64,000 nucleotides of DNA, from positions 18,187 through 82,186 of the IMG/VR virus record IMGVR_UViG_2508501001_000004. One strand, written 5' to 3'. This document shows, one piece after another, positions 15,216-25,311 of this stretch. The position numbers were made by a program, and so were the translations under genes. Positions within the stretch are counted from its first letter, which is position 1, and each line of letters starts with the position of its first letter. The DNA comes from a virus (taxonomy: Duplodnaviria; Caudoviricetes). Below the pieces are notes generated by a model. The model was not told the DNA's origin. It made no database searches and saw only the letters and a program-made list of their open reading frames with translations.

Positions 15216-15956
15216 TTACCCCAAATACTTCGCCACAGCAGCCGCTGTCTGATATTTATCGTTCCCACTCAACAGGACTTCGTTTGGATGATTGGTCGTT
15301 GCCCCGCCCACCACGATCAGCTTTTCAGCCGCCCTAGCCTCCGCCGGCACAGAGAGATCCGGAGGCCGCACAAAGATGGCACAATTACCATGCTTTACGG
15401 CAACATCATACCCCGCCCAGAAGTCTTCCTTCGTATATAGTAGGACAGCTGTTTTTAGCACATCTCTCCCTCCCTTCAAATCCTTGAATAACCTATCCCA
15501 CGGGAATCCAACCCCCGGGCAATTAGGCCTATTAACACTGTCGATACGGTAATGCCCTATGATGTGATCAGCATCAATCGGTATACCGTATTTTTGCGTT
15601 AGATCCTTGTGCAGCCAAAGCGTGGCTTGGTATTGGGCCTCCGGCATCACATCTCCTGGCTGGCCCTCATGCTCGATCCCGAGTGTGTAAGTGTTTGGGT
15701 TCGTGCCATCATACAAAGCCCAGCTTGGCTTGTTGCGAATGCCCGCGTGCCAAGCCGTGTCTCCTTCTTTGACCAGCTGCAGGATGCGGCCTGTCTTTGT
15801 TACGAGATAGTGAGCACTCGATTGCGAAGCCGGATTGCAAAGCCAATTGAGACAGCCAGGGTAACTGCCGGCGGTGACGTGGTCCACTATGGCAATGATT
15901 TTGCGTCCTCCCCTGCTACTGTAATTCGGGGATGGATGCCATTCGATTACTGGCAT
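15216..15956 (-). CDS. Endolysin, N-acetylmuramoyl-L-alanine amidase (Amidase_2)
   Basis: IVDHVTAG, SSAHYLV, AWHAG, GIEHE, HIIGHY...NCPG. Confidence 0.9.
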   Translation of the reverse strand: MPVIEWHPSPNYSSRGGRKIIAIVDHVTAGSYPGCLNWLCNPASQSSAHYLVTKTGRILQLVKEGDTAWHAGIRNKPSWALYDGTNPNTYTLGIEHEGQPGDVMPEAQYQATLWLHKDLTQKYGIPIDADHIIGHYRIDSVNRPNCPGVGFPWDRLFKDLKGGRDVLKTAVLLYTKEDFWAGYDVAVKHGNCAIFVRPPDLSVPAEARAAEKLIVVGGATTNHPNEVLLSGNDKYQTAAAVAKYLG

Positions 15957-15972
15957 AATTTACTCTCTCCCT

Positions 15973-16233
15973 TCATTTTAATAACGCTAACGTCCCCACT
16001 CCCGCACTAATGATGGCCCCAGCGACAGTGCGCCAGAGCCATGTATTGTTTGCTTCAAGTTTGTCAATGCGATGAGTATTCGATTTTGACCGTTGCTCGG
16101 TTTCGGTTGCCTTTTCTTCGACAGAGCACACCCTCTCCCTGAGGTCGTTTTGAGCGTCCAATTTTGTTTCGACTCTCACTACGCGCTCCCGGATCTCCAT
16201 AAGTACTTCTTGCTGATCTCCCACCCACATCAA
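15973..16233 (-). CDS. xhlA: XhlA-like lysis protein
   Basis: Coiled coil plus RIDKLEANNTWLWRTVAGAII C-terminal membrane helix. Confidence 0.8.
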   Translation of the reverse strand: MMWVGDQQEVLMEIRERVVRVETKLDAQNDLRERVCSVEEKATETEQRSKSNTHRIDKLEANNTWLWRTVAGAIISAGVGTLALLK

Positions 16234-16304
16234 CTCCTTCGTTTTAGAAATAAAAATAACCGCCAGAATGACGGTTTAGGTACTTGTGACTACACATAAT
16301 GGAT

Positions 16305-17039
16305 CTACTGCTTAACATCTCTCTTATGCTTAATATAGATCCAACTTATAGGTTCTGTATCAGCATGAGCAATTAGCTTAAAGTTACAAAATCTTGACTT
16401 ATAAAAATATTTCTCTTTACATGTAGTATTCCCCTCGTTTTCAGATACCTCATAAGTATACTTCATTTTTTCCCCGGCAATTGTAGTGTAGGTTATTGTT
16501 GATTTTCTTAAGAGTTGCGGTTCAAATTGAAACGCCATATCTTGAGCAAAAATAAAAACCTTTTGCTTAATAGAAATAATTGGAATCCTCTTTTGCAGAG
16601 TTACCCTTTTCTTCGAAATCTGCCCTTCGATATCTATAGAAATATTTACATTGGTTACTAAAGAAGGGCCCAGATTTTCAATTTTCAAGAAGTTTGTTCC
16701 TGAACAAAGCGCCCCTGTTTTAACACGATCATGTAATTTCACAAGGGATTCGGTTTCTACTAATCTAATGTCTTCTGTTGGTTCATAATTATAACCTTCT
16801 AGCCTAGTTCCAAGATTATCAATTTCTTCAGCAACAATAAACGATCTATGTTGGAATCTTTTGTCTCCGATATCACGAAAGTAATTATAGACGACAGTGA
16901 GCAAGAATACTGTTAGAGCTCCAACTACCCCCGATAACAACGGAGAATTCCACATCGTACGTGAATTAAGAGCCGCTTTTAAATGTTCTAATTCAAGTGA
17001 TAATTGTTGAACCTGAAGGATTAAATCATTAAATTCCAT
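16305..17039 (-). CDS. Single-pass membrane moron protein, unknown function
   Basis: 244 aa, AT-rich, one TM helix near residue 35-52; own upstream intergenic region. Confidence 0.65.
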   Translation of the reverse strand: MEFNDLILQVQQLSLELEHLKAALNSRTMWNSPLLSGVVGALTVFLLTVVYNYFRDIGDKRFQHRSFIVAEEIDNLGTRLEGYNYEPTEDIRLVETESLVKLHDRVKTGALCSGTNFLKIENLGPSLVTNVNISIDIEGQISKKRVTLQKRIPIISIKQKVFIFAQDMAFQFEPQLLRKSTITYTTIAGEKMKYTYEVSENEGNTTCKEKYFYKSRFCNFKLIAHADTEPISWIYIKHKRDVKQ

Positions 17040-17202
17040 ACACTAAATTAGTCCTTTCTAAAATAAAAATAAAGTTACTAATTTAGTGTTCTACATGATA
17101 GATCATTATCCTTGTTTCTACACAAATCAATTATTAACATGTGCAGGGCAAAGAAAAAAGACCTCTCGGTCCCTGCTTTGCCCCAATTCTTTACTGCGGA
17201 CA

Positions 17203-17349
17203 TTACCGCTTAATTAAATCTTGCCTACCTTCGCCGATCAGGATCGCGTCAACATCATCCTGATAGCGCTGATAGAGTGTAATACTAAATACATACTCGT
17301 AGTCTTGCTTGCCATCTAGGATCTTGCCTGCGATATACATAGCCATCAT
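17203..17349 (-). CDS. Small tail-associated protein (XkdX/CD1375-like position)
   Basis: MMAMYIAGKILDGKQDYEYVF...DVDAILIGEGRQDLIKR; TAATG coupling. Confidence 0.6.
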   Translation of the reverse strand: MMAMYIAGKILDGKQDYEYVFSITLYQRYQDDVDAILIGEGRQDLIKR

Positions 17350-17675
17350 TAAATTCCTCCTCCTGTTAATTGTGGAATAATGCTAAACATTAATTCCTCG
17401 ATTACCGTGTCTTGCATGGCGACTTTCTTTTGCAGTATTTCAAGTTCGGTTGGTTCTGGAGGTGGTTGTGGCGGTCGTTCCGTTGGAATAATGTCAATTA
17501 GTTCTCTATTTTCGTTTAGCACAAACTCAAAATAAGGAGCGTGTTTTTTGATTTTCTCAGCTAACAATTGTCCAAGTTCTGTCGTTTCGTCCACCACGTA
17601 ATTCTCGTCGTTATACCAATCGGTGTCAGGGTAAAAACTATTGGTTTCAAAACCTTTATCCTGCTTTACAATCAT
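17349..17675 (-). CDS. Tail fibre assembly/chaperone-like protein
   Basis: 108 aa; PPPEPTELEIL motif typical after fibre genes. Confidence 0.6.
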   Translation of the reverse strand: MIVKQDKGFETNSFYPDTDWYNDENYVVDETTELGQLLAEKIKKHAPYFEFVLNENRELIDIIPTERPPQPPPEPTELEILQKKVAMQDTVIEELMFSIIPQLTGGGI

Positions 17676-19090
17676 TGGCTTTTAACCTCCCACGACATAC
17701 TTGCTACATTGATTGTAGTGGTAGTACTCAGGTGAGTATTCACAAATTTGATGATTATAGAATTATTACTATTAATGTAACATTCGAGAATTTTTACTGT
17801 CGATGATCCATTAAACCCATACCCGTAATAGGAAACATATCCGCTGTCCATTTTTGATGATGCGCAACTGTTTGCGCCAGCCCCAGTAATGGAATAGCCA
17901 TCAAGGCTAGATCTATTAAAGGCAATCTCCATCCCTATATAGTTAGATCCTGATAGATAAACCCGCCCCGATTGCGCTTCCGGCATAACAGGGATTGTTA
18001 CAGTATACTCTTCTAAGGGTGCCATGGATTTGCTAAAACCCGAAAGACTACCCCTTTGAAATTTCGCAGCATTGCCTAACCTATTAGCGGGGACATTGCC
18101 GCTACTATCAAGGTCCGCAATACCATTTGCAACACCTTTTTGCGAGGATGGGATTGCAGCATTAGCCTTGTCCATGGCGACTTTTACTGCACTTGGAGTA
18201 GCTGCAAGAGTCGTGCTTGTGCTTGTTGTGCTACTCGATAATTGCACATGCCCTTTAGTGGTTAATGTCGCATCTTCCGCCAAATGCGCAACAAGGTCTG
18301 TCTGCGCGGCCCGGCTCGTATCGACTGGATGAACATGATCTGCCCTGGCATATCTCTTCGATGTCCCTGCAGTTGCCGTCCCGTCCATAACGGGGCTTGT
18401 CGAGGCTGCTTGATTTACAACAAAAGCCGTTGTGGCAACTTGAGTAGTTGATGTGTCAACTGCCGCCGTAGGAGCTGTGGGGGTGCCCGTTAATGCTGGG
18501 GAGGCCAATGGTGCCCTGGTTGTATCTGCAGGATGCCTGTGATCCTCTCTGGCATACTTTTTTGATGTCCCAACGGCAGCAGACCCATCCATGTTAGGCG
18601 TAACAGTCCCCGCTTGCCCGGTAACAAACGCTGTTGTAGCAATCTGGGTCGTGCTCGTATCCGCTGCCGCAGTGGGTGCAGTCGGAGTCCCAGTGAGCGC
18701 TGGCGATGCCAACGGGGCTCGGGTGGTATCGGTCGGGTGCACATGGTCTCTCCTGGCTGCAGTGGCCGCTGATCCTGCCGACGCCGTGCCGTTGGCCACT
18801 GGATTTGTGCTATCAAAGGCTAAATGGGCATGGTCGGCACGGGCAAGGCTTGTGCTGGATCCGGCGGCATTAGCCGTCCCCAATCCCCCCGAGGGTGCCG
18901 CCGTGGGAATAGGATCACTACCTCCGGGCCGGTGAGTATCAGCATGGGAACCTATTTCTCCCGCCGCATCCATCGCCTGTTTCAGCTTTTGATCAATCAC
19001 ATCGACATTGTCGTTAAAATCTTGAATGTTAACAATATCTGTACCGTCCGGTTTCTTAAGTCCATAATTTGCTGTTGTCTGCATGACCAT
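17672..19090 (-). CDS. Tail fibre protein
   Basis: TTANYGLKKP N-terminus; duplicated ~68-aa ASPALTGTPTAPTAA repeat; tail fibre repeat KGHVQLSSSTTSTS. Confidence 0.85.
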   Translation of the reverse strand: MVMQTTANYGLKKPDGTDIVNIQDFNDNVDVIDQKLKQAMDAAGEIGSHADTHRPGGSDPIPTAAPSGGLGTANAAGSSTSLARADHAHLAFDSTNPVANGTASAGSAATAARRDHVHPTDTTRAPLASPALTGTPTAPTAAADTSTTQIATTAFVTGQAGTVTPNMDGSAAVGTSKKYAREDHRHPADTTRAPLASPALTGTPTAPTAAVDTSTTQVATTAFVVNQAASTSPVMDGTATAGTSKRYARADHVHPVDTSRAAQTDLVAHLAEDATLTTKGHVQLSSSTTSTSTTLAATPSAVKVAMDKANAAIPSSQKGVANGIADLDSSGNVPANRLGNAAKFQRGSLSGFSKSMAPLEEYTVTIPVMPEAQSGRVYLSGSNYIGMEIAFNRSSLDGYSITGAGANSCASSKMDSGYVSYYGYGFNGSSTVKILECYINSNNSIIIKFVNTHLSTTTTINVASMSWEVKSQ

Positions 19091-19095
19091 CCTCC

Positions 19096-19707
19096 TTACT
19101 CATAAACTTTCAACTCATTCCAGTTCATAACATTCACGCCATTCCAAGCGAGATGCTTCAGGGAGTCCCACCACGTATAGGAATATTTAAAGCTGTAAGC
19201 CAAGTGAGCCGGTTTAATCTGCTCGATCATCGCCATAAACCCGGGCATATTCGTCGGGATACCCTTGGTCCCAATAAAGCGGACCTCAAAGCGGTACTCT
19301 GACGGGTACTCAATCACATCCACCTCGCCCCCGGAAAAAGCAATGGCCGTATCCTTAATCATTTGCTTCGTGGTTGTCCCCGACCCGCGCAGTTTGGCCT
19401 TGATCTGTTCCCGCCTTCGCTCTATAGATTTCGTCGGTTCTGTCTCTAGACCCAGCTCACTTTCCCAGTAAGCTAAGCCCCATGTGGCGGTATCTACAAA
19501 GCATTGGTCCAGCAGGTCATTCATGGAAAATAAAAAAAGACCCAGCTCATTGGACGCAGTCTCCTGTAACTTTTTCATTTCCCGTACGCTCTGATAATAC
19601 TCGGGTAGATATCTCATGAGGTCGGGCTTTGCATACTCAGGCTGGTCCCCGTCGTTGCCGTCAGTCCCAAAAAGGGTGGTGCCATAGATTTGGTTTCCGT
19701 ATCCCAT
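19096..19707 (-). CDS. Baseplate protein YmfQ/XkdU-like
   Basis: ATWGLAYWESELGL, RREQIKAKLRG, EQIKPAHL. Confidence 0.85.
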   Translation of the reverse strand: MGYGNQIYGTTLFGTDGNDGDQPEYAKPDLMRYLPEYYQSVREMKKLQETASNELGLFLFSMNDLLDQCFVDTATWGLAYWESELGLETEPTKSIERRREQIKAKLRGSGTTTKQMIKDTAIAFSGGEVDVIEYPSEYRFEVRFIGTKGIPTNMPGFMAMIEQIKPAHLAYSFKYSYTWWDSLKHLAWNGVNVMNWNELKVYE

Positions 19708-19711
19708 CGGC

Positions 19712-20206
19712 TCACACCCCCTTTAGCTGGTTCCAGGTTACCCCGGGACTCAGTTTCCCCGCGGCCAGGTCATAAGCTGTTTTTACGGCATTGGCCGTGG
19801 CTGCCTGAGTGGTTGAGGTGCTTGTCATTGTATTATTTAGTTGAGATATTCCCGCAGCACTTGTAGATGCCGCTGGCAGTCTCGCTATGGCCACCGTTCC
19901 GGCATTGATATCGCTGGCATTATGTGTGTGTCCCACCGGAGTAAAGGTGCTTGGCTTTCCCGAGACCCCAGTCCAGGGGACACTCTCCGCCACCTCCGCT
20001 ACATCCACTTTGCCGTCATTATCCGTGTCATAAATGCTTTTCAGCATATCCCCGACGGTTTGGGCAGCCACCAATAGTTCATTGCCGCTTTCTGTTCCTA
20101 TATAAAGCTTCTTGGTATCCGTGCAGAAGCCTAACTCCCCTACTGCCAAGGTTCCAATGCTACCCTCAAGGCCACGCCTAATCTGGATCAATACTTTTCT
20201 TGCCAT
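19712..20206 (-). CDS. Short tail fibre-repeat protein
   Basis: IQIRRG..GELGFCTDTKKLYIG N-terminus; AGISQLNNTMTSTSTTQAATANAVK repeat. Confidence 0.75.
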   Translation of the reverse strand: MARKVLIQIRRGLEGSIGTLAVGELGFCTDTKKLYIGTESGNELLVAAQTVGDMLKSIYDTDNDGKVDVAEVAESVPWTGVSGKPSTFTPVGHTHNASDINAGTVAIARLPAASTSAAGISQLNNTMTSTSTTQAATANAVKTAYDLAAGKLSPGVTWNQLKGV

Positions 20207-20218
20207 CAGCCTCCCTCC

Positions 20219-21244
20219 TTAGAATGTTCCTCCATCCACAATGGATACCATCAACCTATTTCCATTGGCCGAGTCATAGACAAGACTGCTGGCATCAATA
20301 TTGGCCTCAATGCCCGTGCTGTTGACGAGGATTCCTTTCCCAGCTTTAGCGCTAACCGAAGTCGAAGCAACGGAGATCCCGTTCCCCGCCCCTACCGTCA
20401 ATGTCACTGTGTCGGCCTGCCCGCCCCCCGTTAAACCATTGCCGGCAGTAATCGTCTGCAGGGCTCCACCGGTTCTTACCCAAGCTGTCCCGTTCCAGCT
20501 GTAGATTTTTTGTTCCTCATCAACGTAGCAGGTCCACCCAATCTGAGGCGGGTAATAGGACCAGGCTCCTGATGCATATTCGGCAATTTGATCCTGTTTC
20601 CCGGACCACACACCCGTTGCGCCGCTGGGGATGATATAGCGATCTCCGGTCACTGGACTGCCCGGTGGGGCTGTAGTGGTACGATTCTTCACACTGGCTT
20701 GAGGTTCGATGTTGTGCTTAGCTAATTCAATTTCATTACCAATTTTTTGAGCACTCCATAAGTCGGTTATGGCTGTCCCCGAGTCATTGATAAGGCGGTG
20801 TTTAGCCGCATCGTCAATATGAGATTTTATTTCAGCCGCAGTTTTCGTGTTAGTACCATCTGATACTTTGTTAACCTGGCCGTTGGTTATGTCTGATTTT
20901 TTAACCTTTGCATAGGTTGTTCCATCAGACACATCATCCAAGGTTCCGGTTAAATCTGTTATCTTTTGGGCGTTAACACGCTGCCAGGCCGAAACCGTAT
21001 CAAAATACAGATAGCCTGCATTGGTGCCACTGGTGACATAGTAAAGCCGCCCTAATGTCCCAGCATTGGGCCGGGCCGCTTCTGTCCCAGATAGTGCTCT
21101 GCCGACAAAAACATTGGCAGTGCCGTCCCCGATGTAAACTTCCTTAGTATCTGTGCAAAACCCCATCTCTCCTGATGACAAAGCACCTAGGGCCACTAGC
21201 TCGGGCTTGGTACCTCGGCGAATTTTAATTGTTTGTGCCGCCAA
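20219..21244 (-). CDS. Tail/receptor-binding structural protein (DUF2793-like C-terminus)
   Basis: IKIRRG..GEMGFCTDTKEVYIG; PPGSPVTGDRYIIPSGATGVWSGK. Confidence 0.75.
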   Translation of the reverse strand: MAAQTIKIRRGTKPELVALGALSSGEMGFCTDTKEVYIGDGTANVFVGRALSGTEAARPNAGTLGRLYYVTSGTNAGYLYFDTVSAWQRVNAQKITDLTGTLDDVSDGTTYAKVKKSDITNGQVNKVSDGTNTKTAAEIKSHIDDAAKHRLINDSGTAITDLWSAQKIGNEIELAKHNIEPQASVKNRTTTAPPGSPVTGDRYIIPSGATGVWSGKQDQIAEYASGAWSYYPPQIGWTCYVDEEQKIYSWNGTAWVRTGGALQTITAGNGLTGGGQADTVTLTVGAGNGISVASTSVSAKAGKGILVNSTGIEANIDASSLVYDSANGNRLMVSIVDGGTF

Positions 21245-21247
21245 TGG

Positions 21248-21664
21248 TTATACCTCCTCTCTAATAAATCCACCGCCGTCGATGATTCCTGTTGCTTTAT
21301 ATCTCTCTATCTCTGCTTGGGTTCGAATCAGACTGTCTTGTAAATTGTTAACATCCTCCGCCTCTACCATATCCCCGGGGGTCTCATAGGTAACATAGAC
21401 CGTCTCTGTTTGGGCGAAGATTTTAATCGAACGTTTCCAAGGCGTCTCAGAAGGAATGGATACAATGAAGTTTGTCACTGGGATACCTGTAAACTGTGGT
21501 CCTGTGTAAACTCTGATTGTGCTGTTCGTAATGTTGTCGTGACCTAAGAAACCCTGGTACACCCCGCCATTAATAGGCAGCTCTTCTTCAACCGTGTAAA
21601 CGCTGCCGTCCGACTTCTTGTTAAGTTTTTCGGTAAATTGGTCAATCTGATCCGGATAAGGCAT
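21248..21664 (-). CDS. Tail/baseplate-associated hypothetical protein
   Basis: ATG 21664 (MPYPDQIDQFTEKLNKK); within structural operon. Confidence 0.7.
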   Translation of the reverse strand: MPYPDQIDQFTEKLNKKSDGSVYTVEEELPINGGVYQGFLGHDNITNSTIRVYTGPQFTGIPVTNFIVSIPSETPWKRSIKIFAQTETVYVTYETPGDMVEAEDVNNLQDSLIRTQAEIERYKATGIIDGGGFIREEV

Positions 21665-21668
21665 AGTT

Positions 21669-22706
21669 TTACACCCCCAGTTCCACGGTCCCAAATACCG
21701 GGATTTCTTCGTCCGCCAGAGCGATATTGGCACTGCCGCCGTTGACTAGCAACGTAGTATAGTCGATGACACCTGGTGTGCTAAGGAGCAGGTTCCCAAT
21801 CTTGGCATAACTGACATAGGTGTTGATAAAAGCTGTATCCTGCAGATAGCTTTCCACCTCTACCTTAAAAGCGTCCGTTACACCTTGGATAGCATAGCCG
21901 GATGCTAAAACGGCAGTCGCCGTAACACTGATCTCTTTAGCTGCTGCCGAAACGACGGTCACAGCGGCTCCAATAGGGCGTACGGTCTCAACATAGTCTG
22001 ATACAGCGTCCACCAAAGTGGAGGTAGCTGGCTGCTTTTCAGCATCAACAATGACAACCTTTACCGTCCCTGACCCCTCCCAAAGTGGAAAGACCTTAGC
22101 GCCTCCCACTCCAGCCACTTCAGACGCCCACTGCCGATATTGAGCAGCATTCCCAGACGTTGCCGGCTGACGAACCCGCTGTAGATAGCGCTGCCTGAGG
22201 CTGTCGTCGGTTTCTGCATTCGTTCCCGGAATGAGAATGTCGGACAGCTCGGCCTGCACCAACCCGGGGATATAGTCAATCGGCATCAGCGTACCAAAGT
22301 ATTGATTGCCGACAGTACCGGCAGTTTCGCACTCCAGAATATACTGACCCGACGCGATTTTTTCTTTGGCAGCATACCTTACCTGCTCAATGGAAAAGCG
22401 GCTGCCGATGGCCACATCCAGCGGGGTATCATTTTGCCCGTAAAACATTGCCTTCCGCTGGGCCTTCGTGGCGACTCTACGAGTAACCCCATAATCCATC
22501 GTCCTTAATTCCAGGTAATCTCCGCTTGATGTTTGAGCCGAGAATAGCCTTAGGTTGACTTCCAATTCTGCATAAGCCTGGGCCAGTTCTGCTGCAGCCG
22601 GGGATAAGGCGTCATAAATAATGCTGCCCTCACGTTTGTCCAGATCCCCAGGCACCCGGTCTAACATTCTGTCCAAGATGGACTCATACGTTTGGCCCTC
22701 ATACAC
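21669..22706 (-). CDS. xkdT: Baseplate J-like protein
   Basis: DKREGSIIYDALSP, ETDDSLRQR, SGNAAQYRQWA, PLWEGSGTVKV. Confidence 0.9.
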   Translation of the reverse strand: MYEGQTYESILDRMLDRVPGDLDKREGSIIYDALSPAAAELAQAYAELEVNLRLFSAQTSSGDYLELRTMDYGVTRRVATKAQRKAMFYGQNDTPLDVAIGSRFSIEQVRYAAKEKIASGQYILECETAGTVGNQYFGTLMPIDYIPGLVQAELSDILIPGTNAETDDSLRQRYLQRVRQPATSGNAAQYRQWASEVAGVGGAKVFPLWEGSGTVKVVIVDAEKQPATSTLVDAVSDYVETVRPIGAAVTVVSAAAKEISVTATAVLASGYAIQGVTDAFKVEVESYLQDTAFINTYVSYAKIGNLLLSTPGVIDYTTLLVNGGSANIALADEEIPVFGTVELGV

Positions 22707-23108
22707 TTACACCCTCACCTCCTGAGTTATCTCAAAACTCCCGTATTTGCTGATAACTGTGCACTCAATGAGCAGACCATCTCCCGTGACTGTAGTCCGT
22801 ATATTCTCAACGCCGGTGATTCGGTCATCCTGGGTTAACGCTTCTCTGACCATGCGGGCAGCCTCTGATTTTACAAAGACCGGATTCATTCCGACTAACT
22901 TCTCTATCTCAGAGCCGTAGTTTGTTGTGTAGATTAAGTGATGATAACGAGGCGTCCCCAGGATCTTAAAGACAGCCTGTTTGACCGCCTCAAGGCCGTC
23001 CAGTCTGCCGGCAATTCGTTCTTTAGCTGCATCCAGCTTCCATGTGAGGGATGGCTGCTCCGTTTCTTCAATCACACCGTTGTTGATGCTTCCGCCGGTC
23101 GGTATCAT
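22707..23108 (-). CDS. Baseplate wedge protein XkdS-like
   Basis: DGLEAVKQAVFKIL.TPRY.HLIY..NYGSE; EALTQDDRI. Confidence 0.85.
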   Translation of the reverse strand: MIPTGGSINNGVIEETEQPSLTWKLDAAKERIAGRLDGLEAVKQAVFKILGTPRYHHLIYTTNYGSEIEKLVGMNPVFVKSEAARMVREALTQDDRITGVENIRTTVTGDGLLIECTVISKYGSFEITQEVRV

Positions 23109-23461
23109 GTTGTCACCACCTTGTCTAAGATTACAAATTTCTGCCCGCCTTGGACCCTGAGCAGCAGGACTTTGTCCCCCACCTTAAGCCCAGGGCGGAT
23201 GATCAGTTTAGTTGTCAGGGCCGTAGCTGTGGTTCTTGATGATCCATCATCAGTGTACTGATGAGAGTGTGTCAGGTCGACTTCATACCGGGTTAAACTT
23301 TCCGGCACAATTAAAAAATCCGCCGGCAGTGTAAAGCGTTGGTCGACTTTCACACTCAGCGGACTTATGGTTAGTATCTCTCCAAACATAACATTCACAG
23401 GGTTTGATGCCCCTACAGCATCTATCCCCGCAGCTTTTATTACATCCAATAAGCTTGCCAT
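23105..23461 (-). CDS. Baseplate spike XkdR-like
   Basis: FGEILTISPLSVKVDQRF; LKVGDKVLLLRVQGGQKFVILDK. Confidence 0.8.
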   Translation of the reverse strand: MASLLDVIKAAGIDAVGASNPVNVMFGEILTISPLSVKVDQRFTLPADFLIVPESLTRYEVDLTHSHQYTDDGSSRTTATALTTKLIIRPGLKVGDKVLLLRVQGGQKFVILDKVVTT

Positions 23462-24447
23462 TATACCACCTTCATAATTGCTTTAAGTTCCAGGCTCATC
23501 GTATGGTCTGCACCTTCGAAATAATGCTTACATTCATCCACTAAAAAGGGCTGATTGATTTCGTACTCTTGAATCTGTATCCTTAGATAACTCCCGGCCC
23601 TTACTCGGAGATCACCGATAGCTTCGATTTTCAGCGTCCTTGATTCCCGGTTTTTCAATGTGACCAGACTATCGAGCAGCTCATTAATCTGAGCATCGTT
23701 CATGTTTTCATCCACACTTTGATAGAGCTGCAACACGCCCCACTTAGCCATATTGGCGCTGTCTTGGGCCTGATAGATTTCGCGCTTGCCGCTTTCCTTG
23801 TTGTCTTTGTAAAGCTTAATTTTATTGTAGGTGTCATCATCAATGGATATCTTGTGACTATAATCGGTCATGAGGCTGGCATCGCCAATGATGAAATCCA
23901 GCAGTAAGTCCTCAATATTCCGCACCGACAAAGCTCCAAAGTCATCGAAGAACACATAATTTTTGCCAGCATTCATCAGAGTTAAATCTAAGGCTTTGCA
24001 GATCGTATCGAAAAGCTTTTGGTCATTTTGGGACATCGTCGGAATTATATACCCCGTATCATCGATCCGCCCAAGTTTGAGCTTGAAGTCGGCGGCAATG
24101 GTTTTAATGACCTCAGAGGCTGTGACGTTTGCAAAGACATAGGTTTCATTCGCCATGAGGTACCGTAGTTGATCATAGCAAGTAATCTTAACTGCCTCGT
24201 CCCTTCCCCCTTCAATGGAAAAGACATAGCCGTAGAAGACATTGACACCATCCTCAACTTCCTGGACCCGGACAATATCTCCATTGCTGTACTTGAAGGC
24301 TGCATCTTGCCCTAAAGCGTTTTTGATTAGCGTAAACTCCAGGCTGCCGGCTTTGCCGATCCTGCTCGTTTTCCAGGTGACGTCCGAGACAATCTGAGAG
24401 ATATCCCACACGTTTCCATCTTTGTTATCGATCAGTATTTTTAGCAC
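23461..24447 (-). CDS. Baseplate hub XkdQ/YqbQ-like
   Basis: YDQLRYL, DDFGALS, YNKIKL, KWGVLQ, GDLRVRAG. Confidence 0.85.
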   Translation of the reverse strand: MLKILIDNKDGNVWDISQIVSDVTWKTSRIGKAGSLEFTLIKNALGQDAAFKYSNGDIVRVQEVEDGVNVFYGYVFSIEGGRDEAVKITCYDQLRYLMANETYVFANVTASEVIKTIAADFKLKLGRIDDTGYIIPTMSQNDQKLFDTICKALDLTLMNAGKNYVFFDDFGALSVRNIEDLLLDFIIGDASLMTDYSHKISIDDDTYNKIKLYKDNKESGKREIYQAQDSANMAKWGVLQLYQSVDENMNDAQINELLDSLVTLKNRESRTLKIEAIGDLRVRAGSYLRIQIQEYEINQPFLVDECKHYFEGADHTMSLELKAIMKVV

Positions 24448-24457
24448 AGTGCACCTC

Positions 24458-25123
24458 CTATGCCAACTTTATTACTCGGCCAACCTGCAGCCGTTTGATC
24501 TCAGCATCAGATATGCCGTTCAATGATTGTAACTCTGGCCAGCGACCTCCATTGCCTAATTGCTTCTGTGCTACAGCCCATAGAGTATCCCCGGCTGCGA
24601 GAGTATAGGTTTTAGGTGGCGGCTGCTCATTAGGCCTCGCTGGGGGCTGGGATTGGATGGCTTGAGTGGACACTGAAGCGATTGTCATTGTTTGGGCAAC
24701 GACAGCCCGGCGTGCGGAGTAAGGCGTGTATCGTTTCAATTTTAAGGTATAGTCAATATCCCCGGAGCCGGCAGATTCCTTCCAGTCAAAACCTTCAATG
24801 CTGGCCAGTGTGTTAATGTCAAACGTTTCGGAGATAAAAACAAAACGGATGGGCTCTTTAGATTCCATCCACTTTAGAATGCGTTTTACATATTCGTAAG
24901 GTAGCAACAAGGGGGAAACCGTGACAAATGGGTAGCGTTGTGCCGGGAAGAAACTGCTAAACGCATACTCTGAGAGTTTGGGGTTTTTTATGACGTTGAT
25001 TTCCCCTAGGGCTACAACATCATAGGTCTTGTTATTCCCGCCCTCTCCAATTTCCAGGGCGCTGGGCATGACGGGAAGCTCAATGGTTTCTGAGTATAAG
25101 CTCAGTTTGATGCCGTAGGGCAT
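24458..25123 (-). CDS. Tail tube initiator with LysM, XkdP-like
   Basis: LPVMPSALEI; C-terminal YTLAAGDTLWAVAQKQLGNG LysM. Confidence 0.85.
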   Translation of the reverse strand: MPYGIKLSLYSETIELPVMPSALEIGEGGNNKTYDVVALGEINVIKNPKLSEYAFSSFFPAQRYPFVTVSPLLLPYEYVKRILKWMESKEPIRFVFISETFDINTLASIEGFDWKESAGSGDIDYTLKLKRYTPYSARRAVVAQTMTIASVSTQAIQSQPPARPNEQPPPKTYTLAAGDTLWAVAQKQLGNGGRWPELQSLNGISDAEIKRLQVGRVIKLA

Positions 25124-25129
25124 AGGTGA

Positions 25130-25294
25130 TCACCTGCCTTTATTAATATGGCTATTCAGTATGCCTATCGCCTTACAAAAAGTGCTGCGTGACCAACCCT
25201 CTGCTGAGGCCTTTTCCAAGATGGAGGTTGCTATTTCAAGACTGTCCTGAATCTCTTGAATCGGTTTGCTTAAATCTACCGTTACGCTTACCAA
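25130..25294 (-). CDS. Small hypothetical protein (TTG start)
   Basis: 54 aa between tape measure and XkdP; RBS AAGGGGGAG. Confidence 0.5.
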   Translation of the reverse strand: MVSVTVDLSKPIQEIQDSLEIATSILEKASAEGWSRSTFCKAIGILNSHINKGR

Positions 25295-25311
25295 GCATAT
25301 TCTCCCCCTTC

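Noticed and set aside
17672-21244. Diversity-generating retroelement (Mtd-like N-termini in fibre genes)
   Set aside because: No reverse transcriptase and no template/variable repeat pair differing at adenines was seen in the window
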